From NCBI GenBank assembly GCA_002269645.1, contig NIVC01001828.1, forward strand, positions 37,397-101,396: a stretch of DNA of 64,000 nucleotides. The letters run 5' to 3'. This document shows, piece after piece, positions 1 through 13,200 of this stretch; the stretch's first letter is position 1; every line of letters begins with the position of its first letter. The notes beneath the pieces were generated by a model, which worked only from the letters and a program-made list of their open reading frames with translations, was not told the DNA's origin and searched no databases. The position numbers and the translations under genes were made by a program. This DNA comes from Macrostomum lignano (Eukaryota).

Positions 1-45
1 CACCCCATCTCATTCCAGTCTCCAAGCCAGCCTCCCTGCGCCCAC

Positions 46-1288
46 CTGTAGGACAGCGATGACGTAGAACGGATACCGGACGCGAGACAGCATCTCGCCC
101 AGAGCCGGGTCCCTCTGCACAATGTCGCTAAGTGTCTCGGCAGAGATGGCGGACTCCAGCTCCTCGGGCAGGGAGCAGTTGCTCCACTGGCGAAACAGCG
201 GCTTCGACATGAAGCTGCCGATGATCAGCGGCGACACCAGCGCCCCGACGCTCTGGCTGAAGAACATCGCCTGCAGGAAGGGCCCGGAGCTGTCCCTGTA
301 GAGAAATATCATCTGCGTGTTGCAGAAGAACTCCAGGCAGCCCTCGGCCAGGCCCATCAGGCTGAAGATGAAGGCCATGCTTGGCAGGCTGGTGCAAAAG
401 GTCACCAGCACGAAGCAGGTGGGCACCAGCACGGACACTGCTGTCATCACAAGATTGGCCGGCACCCTGGGCATTGGGGAAGGCAAATCATTCGGTAATT
501 AAGTAGGACAGGGAACTTTCTTTCTTAGAAAAATTTTGAAGGCTGGCCGAGAGCAAAAATGGAATTACCAAGATAGATAATTTTCTTCTTGATTTCAATT
601 TGATCGACTTTGCCAGTGTCATTGCGTCATTGGTTCGTGCACTAAATAAACATTCGCTTCTTTGCCCCAACGTGTCCCAATATCTAAACGAAAAAAGTAA
701 ATACTTTTACAACGACTTCGGGTGAGTCCAAATACTTCCACAGCGCTACTGCGCGCTTGTGACAATGCGCGATTATGATTCTGCGCGCTTTTGATTCTGC
801 GCGCTTGTGACACTGCGCGCTTATGATGCTGCGCACTTATGATTCTGCGCGCTTATAACACTGCGCTCTTCGTACCTTACCTAAATTTGGGAAATTTGAC
901 ACAGTTAGCAAACTATTGAAGATTTTAGTAAAATAAAACGTAGATGTAGAATTTCAGCTCTCGCATCTCGTATCGACGTTCTGGACGAAAAATTCTGATT
1001 AGAGAGACAGATAATCAGTTTAGAAGATGATGTAGATTCAGCTTCTGCACGCACAGACAGACAGACAGACAGACAGAGGGGCTTGCTTACTAAACTCAAT
1101 TAGGGAAATGGGAAAACAGAGCTATTCAAAAAACTTCCCTCGTATTATGGACAAGCTGACTCTGTCCTAATCCAGCCCGTCTCACACAGAGTCCGCGAGT
1201 CCGAAAGTCATTCAGTTCGGAATTGCGAAATCTTAAAAAGCCGCGTTTTTCAATTTCCATCCTGTCAGAATGAAGCCGAATTGCATTT

Positions 1289-1352
<64 letters not shown>

Positions 1353-3232
1353 AGAGAGGCAACCCAGTCTGTCCTTGAGTGTGTGGGTGTGTGGGATCAA
1401 GGAAATTCCGCTATTTAAAGCCCTGGTCTCTGCACCCAGCCAGTCAGTCTGGCTGGAGCCCATTGTTTGATTTATCCCCAATTCCTTTGTCGGATAAAAT
1501 TGCAGCATTTTACGAGAATAACATTCCGACTACGGGCTGTGCCAATGCGAGACTAGGAATGCTTCCAGCAAGCCCAAACCTCTTTTGCGAGGCTTGAAAG
1601 AAGAGAGTCCGCAGCCTGCAGGATGGAAAGAAAAAATTGAGAAAGTCCTTTTTCAAAAATATACGAGCCAGAAAAGCAGAAAGGGAGGCAGGCCTGGCCA
1701 GCAGGAAATTGCTTTTTCACCGGGACTCTGAACGCCTCCCCCTTGCTTGGCTGCACCCTCCAAGCCTCTCTCTTGAGATGTGGATGGGGGCACGAACTGA
1801 ATAAGTGCGCAAGGCATCGAGCTGAGCTCAGCTAGCCAACTGCTCTCTAAGCCTTTCTGCTCATTCATCTCTGATGGGAAACGATGAGCCGATAGAGCTG
1901 CTCAAACGGGGATAAGAGAACAAACTGACGAACCTCCTCGAGCTCCCATCAGGAGTCTCCGGATCCCCGATCTTGACCTTCATCATCCACGCGGCTTTTC
2001 AGAATCTTTTCGATTCTCTTTTTTTCTATAGAGTATTATCGTGTCAGCTGAGCCCCCGGCTACCCGCCAGTCTTCTGAGCGCACAGTTCAGAGCACTAGC
2101 TAGTGCTTATCAGCAATCGGAACTGGCTGACTGTAAATATTCGATCCTGTAGACAGAGTGAACGGGCTTGAAACCCTGGCGTACTAACTAGTGCTTTTAG
2201 CCACTGATCCTTATTCTGCTCTGTGTGTAAGTCTTCGGGTTGGCTTAGAGCTCCTCATATATCGATTTAGTAGAGTAAAAATTATTTTAGAAAGTAAACA
2301 TGATTGTTATATTCCCGGGTAGCCCAGTCTGTCCATCTCGGTAGCCCAGTCTCTTTGGTACCTGTCCACCTCGATAGCCCAGTCTCTTTGGTACCTGTCC
2401 ACCTCGATAGCCCAGTCTCTTTGGTACCTGTCCACCTCGATAGGCCAGTCTCTTTGGTACCTGTCCACCTCGATAGCCCTGTCTCTTTGGTACCTGTCCA
2501 CCTCGATAGGCCAGTCTCTTTGGTACCTGTCCACCTCGATAGGCCAGTCTCTTTGGTACCTGTCCACCTCGATAGGCCAGTCTCTTTGGTACCTGTCCAC
2601 CTCGATAGCCCAGTCTCTTTGGTACCTGTCCACCTCGATAGCCCAGTCTCTTTGGTACCTGTCCACCTCGATAGGCCAGTCTCTTTGGTACCTGTCCATC
2701 TACTCAATCTCCTTAAGTGTAGCTCGCATCCACCTCAATAAGAAGTCTCTTTAAACCTGTCTCTCTTATAAACTTTAGGACTCATCGTTTCTTAAGCTCG
2801 AAACAGTCGCAAGTGTAAAATTCGATGAAAACGAGAGCCCCGATTCCACAACAATGCAGTCACTCACTTTCTGTTGAGGAACCCCGAGAAGACTGTCATT
2901 AACAACACGGCGATCTCGTGAAAGAACAGTATCAAAGTGGCACGCTGCTCAGAGGTGCGCGCCAGACAGGTGAGGCCGGGCAAAGCGGCGCCAATGCTGG
3001 CGTCGGACATGCCGACCAAGCAGAACAGCAGGCAGTAGTTGATGGTCTTCAGCGCGTGCCGCCGGAACTGCGGCAAATGGCTGGCGCCTTTTGAAGCTCG
3101 CCGCTGCTGCTGCGGCTCCGTGAAGGCGGTTTCGTCTTTTCCTGCCGTCTCTGGCTCGGTCGCCGCTGCCGCATACTGGACTGACGGGAACTGTTGAGTC
3201 GTCTGCTGCTGCTGCGCCCTTGACACGGCCAT
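46..3232 (-). CDS. MFS transporter, MFSD4/NAGLT1 (sodium-dependent glucose transporter)-like; 5' part only, continues beyond window start
   Basis: Exon 3232-2868 (ATG; hydrophobic helix TINYCLLFCLVGMSDASIGAALP) ends AA|GTGAG (phase 2). Exon 466-46 starts cag|G GTG, giving NRK-VPANLVM..., contains MGLAEGCLEFFCNTQMIFLY and GPFLQAMFFSQSVGALVSPLI, and ends CAG|GTGGG. Family assignment is from recalled MFSD4-like motifs. Confidence 0.8.
745..870. repeat. Degenerate ~16-17 bp tandem repeat (tgattctgcgcgctta-like)
   Basis: About 8 consecutive ctgcgcgctt-type cores in the MFS intron. Confidence 0.75.
1291..1342. repeat. (GA)n microsatellite
   Basis: Direct reading. Confidence 0.95.
2318..2700. repeat. 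33-bp minisatellite (tagcccagtctctttggtacctgtccacctcga), ~11 copies
   Basis: Direct reading; the 11-aa period of the overlapping spurious ORFs confirms 33 bp. Confidence 0.95.
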
Positions 3233-4994
3233 GTCGAATGGCTGCAGTAGGATTAGCTGAGCTTCATGTAGCTTATTGATTAATATTGTTTAATTATGCA
3301 GAATAAAAGTTCTCTACGCTGGTGCAAGCATAGAAGTCACTGTGGTGTAACTAAGAACTATATTGAATAAATAATTAATCAATCGCATGCCGGACGCCAA
3401 CTAAACTTGGGCCAAATGAGCAGAATAAGTTCTTACTTTGCCTAGTAGGCGCTCGTATGGCTTAGACTTTCTGTAATTTCTACTGTAAATCTACTGTCAT
3501 TACTGTAGCTCGTATAAGATTTTCTATGAAAGATAACGGAGAATTTGCCCCCCCCCTCCAAGTCGCTGCTCACAGCTTCAACCAAAGACACGGAACAGGT
3601 TTACGAGTAGCTGAACCCTTGGTCAGAGAAGCCCGATATTTTTCTGCATTTGGAAAGTTTTGTCTATGGTTTAAAGTACATCTTGATCGAGGTAAGGTAG
3701 CACGCTTTAGCAGGCAGAGAAATACAGAAGTTAAAATCAACATAGATTATAATTAATTCTTTCTTCCGACGCGTTTCGGTCCAACAATGACCATCTTCAG
3801 GGTCTGGTGTATTTTTAACTCACACAACAACTTTATAGTCTATGGCCCATAGACTAAGGCTGCACGCAGCCAGGCCCTTCGCAGTCAGCGTAGGCAGGAT
3901 TCTCACTTTGGATGGCTTTATTCTCAGTTAGGCTGACAAAACCAATAGGAGCGTCCTTTTCACTGAACTCGATTTCACTACAAAGAGCTACAAAGACTTG
4001 AAAAAACTGATATTGCCCTAGTGACAGCTCAGCATAATACGAACTGAATTATGGACAGACCATCGGGGCTTCACACACTCAGCCAGTGCGCTGGGTGCAG
4101 GAGCTGCTTATAAGCGGCACCTGAGCTAACTCAGTCTGTAAGCAGCAACTCTAATTGAATTGAATTAAGCGGGAAATTCTCTCTCTTACGTCGGAAGCCA
4201 TGATTGATGACGCGCGCGCCAAGACGACAAAGCGATGCAAAATTTGCTTCTCGTTACAGACAGGGCTGGTCCTGCTGGCTTAGGGCTTTTCTGTGATCGA
4301 CCTGTGAAAGCCTGGGGGAGGTGGAGCAGAGCTCAGTGGACTGAACGGAACCTAGGGGCGGAGGAGAGGATCTCTCTCTCTCTCTCTCTCTCACTATTTT
4401 TAATGCTGCGACTCAATCCGACCCACCTCCGGATGAGGCATAAAGCGAAGAGGACGGGAGGCTGGGAGGCAGAGATAGAGACGGAGGATGAAGCACATAG
4501 CGCTGCCATTGGCCGCGGATGCCCTCCTCCCAGTCCTGACGCTTGCGGCTCCGCGGGCCAAGCCAGGTGGAAATTCCACGCCCCGCCCTCAGCTCGTGCC
4601 CAGCCGGCCTCAACGCATTTTGGCATTTTTTAGGGGGAAAAATAGCAAAGCAGCGAGTAACGGGAGGAGAGAGAGGAGAGAATCTGCGCGGGATGATGAG
4701 GAAGGAAAGCAGGGATTAGGCCACAATGGCTGGGGATCAAGGGGTGAGCTGGGGACGGGGAGTAGGGCTAGTTAGTCTCAGATTATAATGGAAAGTCAGC
4801 GCGAACGCAACGGGAGGCAGAGGCGGCTCAAATCGGGGCTTCTGAGCTGCAGCTGCTCGCGACTTGAGATACGCTTCGGCTACGCAAATGCAATCCACTG
4901 CAGAAGGCAGCAGTGATCAGATGCATTTGCTCTGCTCTTTCTGCACTGCCCAGACTTTGTATCTCCGGCATCTCTTTTCTCTTTTTCGATATGC

Positions 4995-5600
4995 TTCATT
5001 TCCATCTCTTATCCCTATTCTATCCCCTCTCCTATCCCCTCTCTTGTCCCTCCCTATCCCCTCTCCTATCCCCTCTCTTATCCCTCTCCTACCCCCTCTC
5101 TTATCCCTCCCTATCCCCTCTCCTATCCCCTCTCTTATCCCTCTCCTACCCCCTCTCTTATCCCTCCCTATCCCCTCTCCTATCCCCTCTCTTATCCCTC
5201 TCCTATCCCCTTTCTTATCCTTTCCCGATCCCTCCACTATCCCCTCTCCTGTCCCCTCTCCTATCCCCTCTCCTATCCCCTCTCTTATCCCCTCTCCTAT
5301 CCCCTCTCCTATCCCCTCTCTTATCCCCTCTCCTATCCCCTCTCCTATCCCCTCTCTTATCCCCTCTCCTATCCCCTCTCTTGTCCCTCCCTATCCCCTC
5401 TCCTATCCCCTCTCTTATCCCTCTCCTACCCCCTCTCTTATCCCTCCCTATCCCCTCTCCTATCCCCTCTCTTATCCCTCTCCTATCCCCTTTCTTATCC
5501 TTTCCCGATCCCTCCACTATCCCCTCTCCTATCCCCTCTCCTATCCCCTCTCTTATCCCCTTTCCAACCCCTCTCCTACCCCTATCCTAATCCCCTCCCT
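4995..5600. repeat. Pyrimidine-rich 12-bp repeat (cccctctcctat)n with a 280-bp internal duplication
   Basis: The marker tttcccgatccctccactat occurs at 5221 and 5501. Confidence 0.9.
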
Positions 5601-6454
5601 ATTTCCTACCCCCATCTATTTACTAATTCCTTCTCTATCCACCCATATCCCTCTCTTCTGTTTACTTCCCCTCTCAAACCTCATTTCTATCCTCTATGCT
5701 CCACTCCTCTCTGAGCTATCCGCCTCTATGATTGTCATGTAAGCTAACTAACTAGCAAGGGCTAGATGTACAGCCAAGCTCAGTCGCAGAGTCATAAAGC
5801 TAATCAGCTCAATTAGCAATAGTTTGGCTGCATGTCATTCCAAATTATCGGAGATGATAAAGTGTCTGGACAAATTTAGAACGAATAAAAACAAAAAGCA
5901 AGATATAAATTGATGAATGCACTGACTACCAAACAGCGAAATACTAGCTCTTATGTCTCTGCACTGTCAGTCATTGCTCCAACAATAAATGTTTATTTGT
6001 TAAATAATTTTATTCAATTTTTAGGATACTGATGCAGTAAAGCATAAGACTGAGGTTCCTAGCTCAGCAGTTCGGTATTGCAGTTAGCTTGTCCTATATA
6101 TATATACAATGGTGCGAGATGACAATAACACATTATTTAGTCAACTTCGTGGGATAATTATTGCTAAAGGCATGCAATGACTGACCATCTACTCGTAACT
6201 CAGCGAGAGGGTGTATTGGAGCAAAGTTCAAAGAACCACAATAAGCACTATAAAATAGCCGTTGAACTTTGCAATACAAACCAAAAAAGCAAGCAGATGG
6301 GCAGATTGCCCAGCAAGTCCAGGGAGGGGGGGGGGTTAACGTTGACTGCAATCTTATTTTACTAATTTCTCCGTTTCCCTCTCGTACATAACCTTGCCTG
6401 TATGATTGGCCAGCAACCATGTACACTGCTGCCCCGCTCAACCTCTTTGCCCAC

Positions 6455-6720
6455 CTGAATTCTATTGCCTACAATGTACACTGTTTTTCTACCCCGAACC
6501 CCCCTGAAATTTACACCGCACGTCTAGATTCTATTGCCTACAATTTACACTGTTTTTCTACCCCGAACCCCCTGAAATGTACACCGCACGTCCAGATTCG
6601 TACACTGTTTTTCTACCCGGAACCCCCCTGAAATGTACACCGCACGTCTAGATTCTATTGCCTACAATGTACACTGTTTTTCTACCCCGAACCCCCCCCC
6701 CTGAAATGTACACTGCCCGT
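6455..6720. repeat. ~69-bp tandem repeat, ~4 copies
   Basis: attctattgcc recurs at 6459 and 6528, with further copies to ~6720. Confidence 0.85.
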
Positions 6721-7488
6721 CGAAATTCAGTCTAATCTATCTGACCCAAATTCTAAGTTTTTTTTAAATCAAGACCAAAATACCCTTCATTATCTTTCGA
6801 CACCATTGCAAACAAACATTTTCTAGCATAAAGCGTGCCAATGACCAATGAGTCCCGTCTGCTATCAAGCAATCTTGGAGAGCTCTCTCGCCAAATGAAA
6901 AGATTTTCCCCTATATTACAAGGTTGGTTAAAGCCAAAAGAAATGCATGCCGCAACGATGCATTAATTTGATATTTCATTCGCACTGACGATGTCAAGGG
7001 GACAGCAAAAGCAAGACGAATTGAACTAGAAAGAGAACCTACCTACTTATAGTAGCTATCGACAGATGAACAAGCTCGGCTGATTTTGACGCAGAAACTT
7101 ACTAAGCGGCTAAGAAATTTTCCGATTTTTTGGCAGTGAATCTTGCAATAGAAGTGAGCCGTTCTTTCTCAGTCAGTCAAAAAGTAGGGTAGATTGCCAT
7201 TCTGAATACTGATAGAGTGTCAAGGTGTGAAGCGCAATCTACACTGCACGGGAACTCGCATTGAGCTACATGCAGCAATCCGCAAAGATGAATATAACGC
7301 GCTAAAATGTTTACTAGAAAAATTTACCGCATCAACGAAAAGGGTGGAGAAGGGGAGGCGGCGAGTTAAGGCAGCGAAACTTGGTGCGAATTGTGCAACA
7401 ATGCGAACAAGTACAAGCCTAATAAAGATATTGCAATGCTTTGCTTCAGAGTTCGTTAGCGATTTCCTGATAGATTGATCCCTATCTA

Positions 7489-10174
7489 TCAGCGCCTCTG
7501 TTGGTTCTGTACTAGAAGCTTGTTGATGAAGGACACGATGGCCGGCGCTGGCTGCTGCGGATCGAACTCGCAGGCAAGTACGCAGGTGTTCTCCGACGGG
7601 CCGAAGTGCCCGCCCACGCCGCCTACTGCACCGCCTTTCCGAGCTACAAAGCCGAATAGTCGGGGGCTCTTCAAGCCCCTCACTGACAGTTCCGGGTGGG
7701 CGAATCTGGAATGGTTCGGGTGCAGGTGCTGCTTATTGTTGCTAGGCTTCACTTGCGTAATGGTGGAGAGAGATCGCAAAAAGAGTAGGAATGGGATGAA
7801 TTGAGGAGAGAGTCAGGATGGCAGTAGGGAGTGGAGGAGATTCTGAGGATGGCAGTAGGGAGCGGAGGAGATTCTGAGGATGACAGTAGGGAGCGGAGGA
7901 GATTCTGAGGATGGCAGTAGGGAGCGGAGGAGATTCTGAGGATGGCAGTAGGGAGCGGAGGAGATTCTGAGGATGGCAGTAGGGAGCGGAGGAGATTCTG
8001 AGGATGGCAGTAGGGAGCGGAGGAGATTCTGAGGATGACAGTAGGGAGCGGAGGAGATTCTGAGGATGGCAGTAGAGAGCGGAGGAGATTCTGAGGATGG
8101 CAGTAGGGAGCGGAGAGAGGTTCAGGGATGAAAGAAGGGAGCGGAAGAGATTCTCGGGAGTAAGGGAGATGATGGATTATATGGCGGTGAGATGCAATAG
8201 ATCAAAGCAAGCTGATAGTGAAGTAGGCAGCACTGGAACGAAATTAGTGTAGCAAGAATGTACTAGATAATGGATATTGAAAGGATTAGATTTTAAAGCT
8301 CTTACAAGCTGACTAATTAGACTACGGGATAATCCCTTAATCAGCTTTTCATATTATAACAAACAGGAGAATGAAACCCTCAGATAGAATTCTAACTGTT
8401 CTGAAAACTCACTTTGATGCTTCACCTACCTGCGATCCTGGTTGTCCAATCCGCAGTACAGAACGGACGCCAGCGGATAGTTGCGTCGGAAGAAAAGTTT
8501 CCGATGATTGTCGGTCAGCGTGACGCCGTCCTGGCCAACTTTCAGCTGGCACTCGGCGGTGCGCAGCTGGGCCTGGCTGGACAGCGCGACGTCCACCGCT
8601 CGGGCGACGGCGTCCCCGCCGGACAGGGACTCAACGTCGACGCTGCCTACGTAGAGAACGTTGCAAGCTGGCGCAGGAAGGGAGGTGAGAGAGAAGGTTA
8701 TCGATGAGACAAAGAAGAATGGATGGTTCGTAAAGGCGATTCTACTAGCTGTGGTCTGTAAGGGCAAGCGTACACGTTTGGCGACAAGATAGTCATCTTT
8801 GTATCTTTCTGTTGACGGAAACAATCGCAGGGACTTCAATACGTGTTTGAGACTGGCATTTTAACCCAATCAAGTCTTGACTGTGGTAAGGTTGGCATGG
8901 ACATCACCCAGGATTACTCCAGTGCAAGGGGTTGTAGCCTAGTGGATAGAACGTCGGACTCACGACTGGAAGGTCTTTGAGACACTTAACTCTGCATTGC
9001 TTCAGTTCACCCAGCTGTAAAATGGGTGCCAGCATTAGCTGGGGTAATTAAGGGTGTGTGCGTGGTGACCCCCCCCCCCAGTCCTTGGACTGAACAGATG
9101 CGTTGCGCAATAGCTGCGGCTGAGCTGTCGGTTGCACATCTGCCCATTAGGGCAGGTGTAATCAATTTTATTAATGACTCCAGTGCAATGTGGCAACTCA
9201 GTATTTAGCTACTCAACCTACCAGCACTGCTCTGCAGCGGATGTCGGACCTCTACCGGAGCGCCTGCCGCGGTCTGTTCAACGCAGCCACCAGCACCACC
9301 GGTTGCTTGCGCCTGCGCAGCAACTCTGTCAGGCTGGTCGTACACCGCAGCCTCCGGCCGGGGCACAATCAGGCGGCAAGGCAGGGCCAGCTGGGTGACC
9401 GAGTGCTGCTGCACCAATGCGGCCAGTGTGGGGAAGATCGGTTCGTTGGCGCAGCCTTTGAGCCGCACGCCGCCCGAGGTTGGCTCGATGAGAAAATGCC
9501 GCACCAGTTCAGCGCCGATGTCGTTGGACTTTGGCTGGATGCCTTTGGGAATCTGCGCAACCCTCACGGCCAGGCCGAATGCGCCCGGGAAGCTGTTGGA
9601 GTCGCGGACTACGAAAGTGCCCGGCTGGGCGTGCCGGAGCAGGTTGATAGCTACCGGTTGTTCGGGGCATTGTGAGCGGGTGATGGAAGTACTTTCAGAA
9701 ACAAAAATCGGCAGATAAAACAGCAATAGAAACTTTGATAGAAGCTTACCTTCCTCCCGAGAGATGCGCGGTCGGTACCACAGCTTCATGCTGTCCTTCA
9801 CCGACATCTGGGCAGCCGCGGCAGACACGTAGCCCACGTTCGGCGAGTCCAAAGCGTCCACGCTGCCGTTGAGGCTGGACGGATGGGAGAAGTTGCTGGA
9901 TGACTGCTCGCCCGGAGACAGCGGCCCAGACGGGAAGGCCGGCGGCTGTTGCTGCTGCGATTGCTGGTGCTGCTGCGATGTAATTTGAACCACGGAAGAT
10001 ACCGTTGAGACTGGGGATAGCAGAACTGGCTCCTGCGATTGGCTGTTCAGAAACTTCTGCGGCTGCTGCTGAGTCTGGTACTGCTGACTGCGGTGCTGCT
10101 CTGAGTAGTAGCCAGTGAATCCGTTGCCTCCAGTGTCTAAGACGTCGCGGGTCTGTTGCACCTGCTGCTGCTGC

Positions 10175-10207
<33 letters not shown>

Positions 10208-13200
10208 CTGCTGTAGCCCCTGTTGCTGGCCATGGTGCCAGTAGCTGACGCTGAGGCCGGCGCTCGGACAACCTCAACAGTGTGCGGCTGCTGCAGTTCG
10301 ATTGCTATTGGCTGCGGCTGCTGCTGCTGTGCTCCACCGCTAGCTGAATGATCCGCCTGCCGACTGAGGCTGTGGGTCTCGTACCGTCGGGTCGTCTGCT
10401 GTTGATGCTGCTGCTGCTGCTGAGGGCTTTGAACGGCAGCTGCTGGCAGTGGCAGAGACGTCGGCGATTGAATTGTCGGATCGCCAAAGTCAGGCGGTAC
10501 AGAGGACGAGTGAATGATTCTGCCGCCGCCACCGCCGGCTCCAGACATGTGAGTGAACTGTTGCTGCTGGACACCCACCTGGTGAATCTGCTGTCCCCTA
10601 GTGAGCGAATGCTGCTGATACTGCTGCGGCTGCAGGTGCACTTGGGCTGTTGTTGCCACAGCAACGCCGCCTGCCGATTGCGGCTGCGGAGTTGATGACC
10701 GCAGCGTAGCAACTGAAAATTTTCGACAGATAGAGAGACATCGTCAGCGGGGGAGCACAGCAGCTCTGTAGTTTGCGCATCTGATTAGCTCGTATCGCGA
10801 CAAACTACTCAGGTTCGATTCCGTGAGTGGCACATTAATTTGGTGCTTCAACATCCCAAGGCACAGAGAGTGTACATGCCTGACGATGTCAGGGTGCCTG
10901 CGTACGCATCCGTGTTGGTGTTCATGCTCAGGGATGAGGGGAATGGGTGTGAGTACATGAGCCACCTCGCTGGCTGGGCGTCCACCAACTGCTGCGAACT
11001 AGCTAAACTTGAAAAGCATCGTCTTTTGCTAAATCCAAAATTAAATTAATTGTTGACTCACTCCGTCGCTGGCTAATATTCATCGCCTGCTGTTGCTTCG
11101 CAGTCTGCAATCCGCCTCCGACGACAGTCGCAGTTGGTAGATGCGGCGTCGATTGAGCCATGAGACGCCTGCCGCCGGCTGGGGTGGCTTCTTTTGGAGC
11201 CTCCAGATCGTGGATGCCCTTGCCGATGGGCTGCAGGGTGATGGTCTCCACCTCCTGGTAGACTTCGCCAGGCGTGTGCGTCACCGTGCGCTGCTGCAGG
11301 GTCTGTCAGATTTTTTATTAATCAATTAAAACTTTTTTTCGTTAAATGTTAATTATACTACTTTTCCTTGTTAATCAGCATCTTCAGCGTTTGATTAAAA
11401 TAACTCGGTAAAATTCCATTATTGGTTTTTAACTACTGGACTGTTGACTTAGAAAATTAACTTCAATCCTTCAGTGTTTGCTTGATGTGAAAGCAGACAG
11501 GGACAAAAGGTACTTTGCCCCTTCTTATTAGAGACAGGGGTGGCTGTGTGCACCCTAGCGCACTTTAAGCGTCATTGCCCACAACCGGCGAGAGGCACAC
11601 ACTCACACAGGAGTGTACAGGAGCCCTAACTTTATTTTTCTTTAGGCATGTACACTTCTCTGTGCCTTGGAGGTTGGCCCTTGAGGGTGTTAATTGCACG
11701 AGCAGAGCCAAGCTGAGATTCCTATTTAGCCCCAAATTAATTTGACTGCACTTGGAATCGAGCCTGGGCCGCCGACACGTGAGAGCGCCGCGCTAGACCA
11801 CTGGGCTACGGCACCCCAACCTTGCCCCCTAGTAAATCAAAAAGTACTTTCTTTTAGGGACTGGCTTTCTTCATTCGTGGTAGCTTCAGTAAATTTCAAG
11901 CGAGAGAAACTATCAATATTTTCTCATGCCTTCATGTAGACCAACTACCAGATATACAAGATATGCGCACAGTTCGCCCTTCTGTTTCAGTAGCATGAAT
12001 TTCTTGAGCTTTAGTGGCTCGGACGCCAACTGCGCAGCCATGAGAAACCAAGAAGTTTGCATCGCATGCCGGGCATTCCACTGCCCAATTATTCAAAGTC
12101 AAATCCTGTTTATGGATGAAAAGTTCCTTCAGTAGCTGCTGCCACATAGGGGGAGATTAATGTCTGCTTTGGATGACTGAACTGCCCTCCGAAATAATGC
12201 GCAGTTTTGGCCACTTGCACACAAAACACGGCGGGCAATATCAGGCTGTGGAGGCTTGTACAGTACACTCACTAGCTAAAGGGTTCTCGTTTTTGATACT
12301 CGCAAAAAACACCGAAATATTGACATCTTGGATATAAGCACGACACGGCAGCATCGGAACTTAAAACAAAATGAAAAAAAATATTCGTCTCTAATAACGC
12401 GCATACTCTTAACTTACTACTTGTAGCGGATCAGTTCCCGCGTTTGACGAGTGCACTGGAATCTGCAGCTGAACGGGCCAGGGAAATCGGATGTTGAGTG
12501 GTAGGTTTTTCTTCTTTGGTGTTCAGGTTCACTATTTAACATTTGCGACCCTCTCCTGGCTATAGACTATCGCTCCACATGTAGCCATTGGCAGTACAGT
12601 CAGTTGCAGCAGAAGCTATAGTCTATGGTCTTAACCCCGGGGTCGGCTGAAGTGGCACGCCTAGGGAGGGGTATATGGAATCTGTGGGAAGGGTCTGTAG
12701 AACTGTGGCCTGTCTCACCCATAGACTACAGACATATTATCTAAGGCTTAGTCATAAGACCTTTCACTTGCAGCCTCACCCGTCGTTCCTGCTGATGCCG
12801 CGAATGCGTGGTGGCTTCGCCAGCCGTTCGGTGCACCAGCGGCGTCTCGCTGGTGCGAAAGTGGCTCACGGAACTGGCCCGATGGCTGGCGCCAGTCATC
12901 TTGATCTTCTGCCGGACCCGCTCCAGCGACCTCTCCAGTTCCTGCAGCTTGCTATCGAAGGTGTCCTCACCGCCTGCCTCCTGGCCAGAGGATTCAAAGT
13001 GCCTCCGGCTCTCTAAGTGCTGCTGCTGATGATGATGCTGCTGCTGCCTGCCTGCATGCGGCTGGAGAGTGCTGCTGGCCAGGTTGGATCTGCCTGCTGT
13101 GCGGCAGCGTTGATAGTAAGCTCAGAATGAATTCGTTATCACAGTTTAGTAAGACAATAAAGATATTCTAAACTATTGTACTTGGAACACAAAGAAGATG

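Noticed and set aside
1350-2300. Possible decayed retroelement in the MFS intron
   Set aside because: All frames are interrupted and I found no RT, endonuclease or gag motif.
2282-5742. Repetitive ORFs at 2282-2741 and 4864-5742
   Set aside because: Products of 33-bp and 12-bp tandem repeats, open in several frames, with no coding features.
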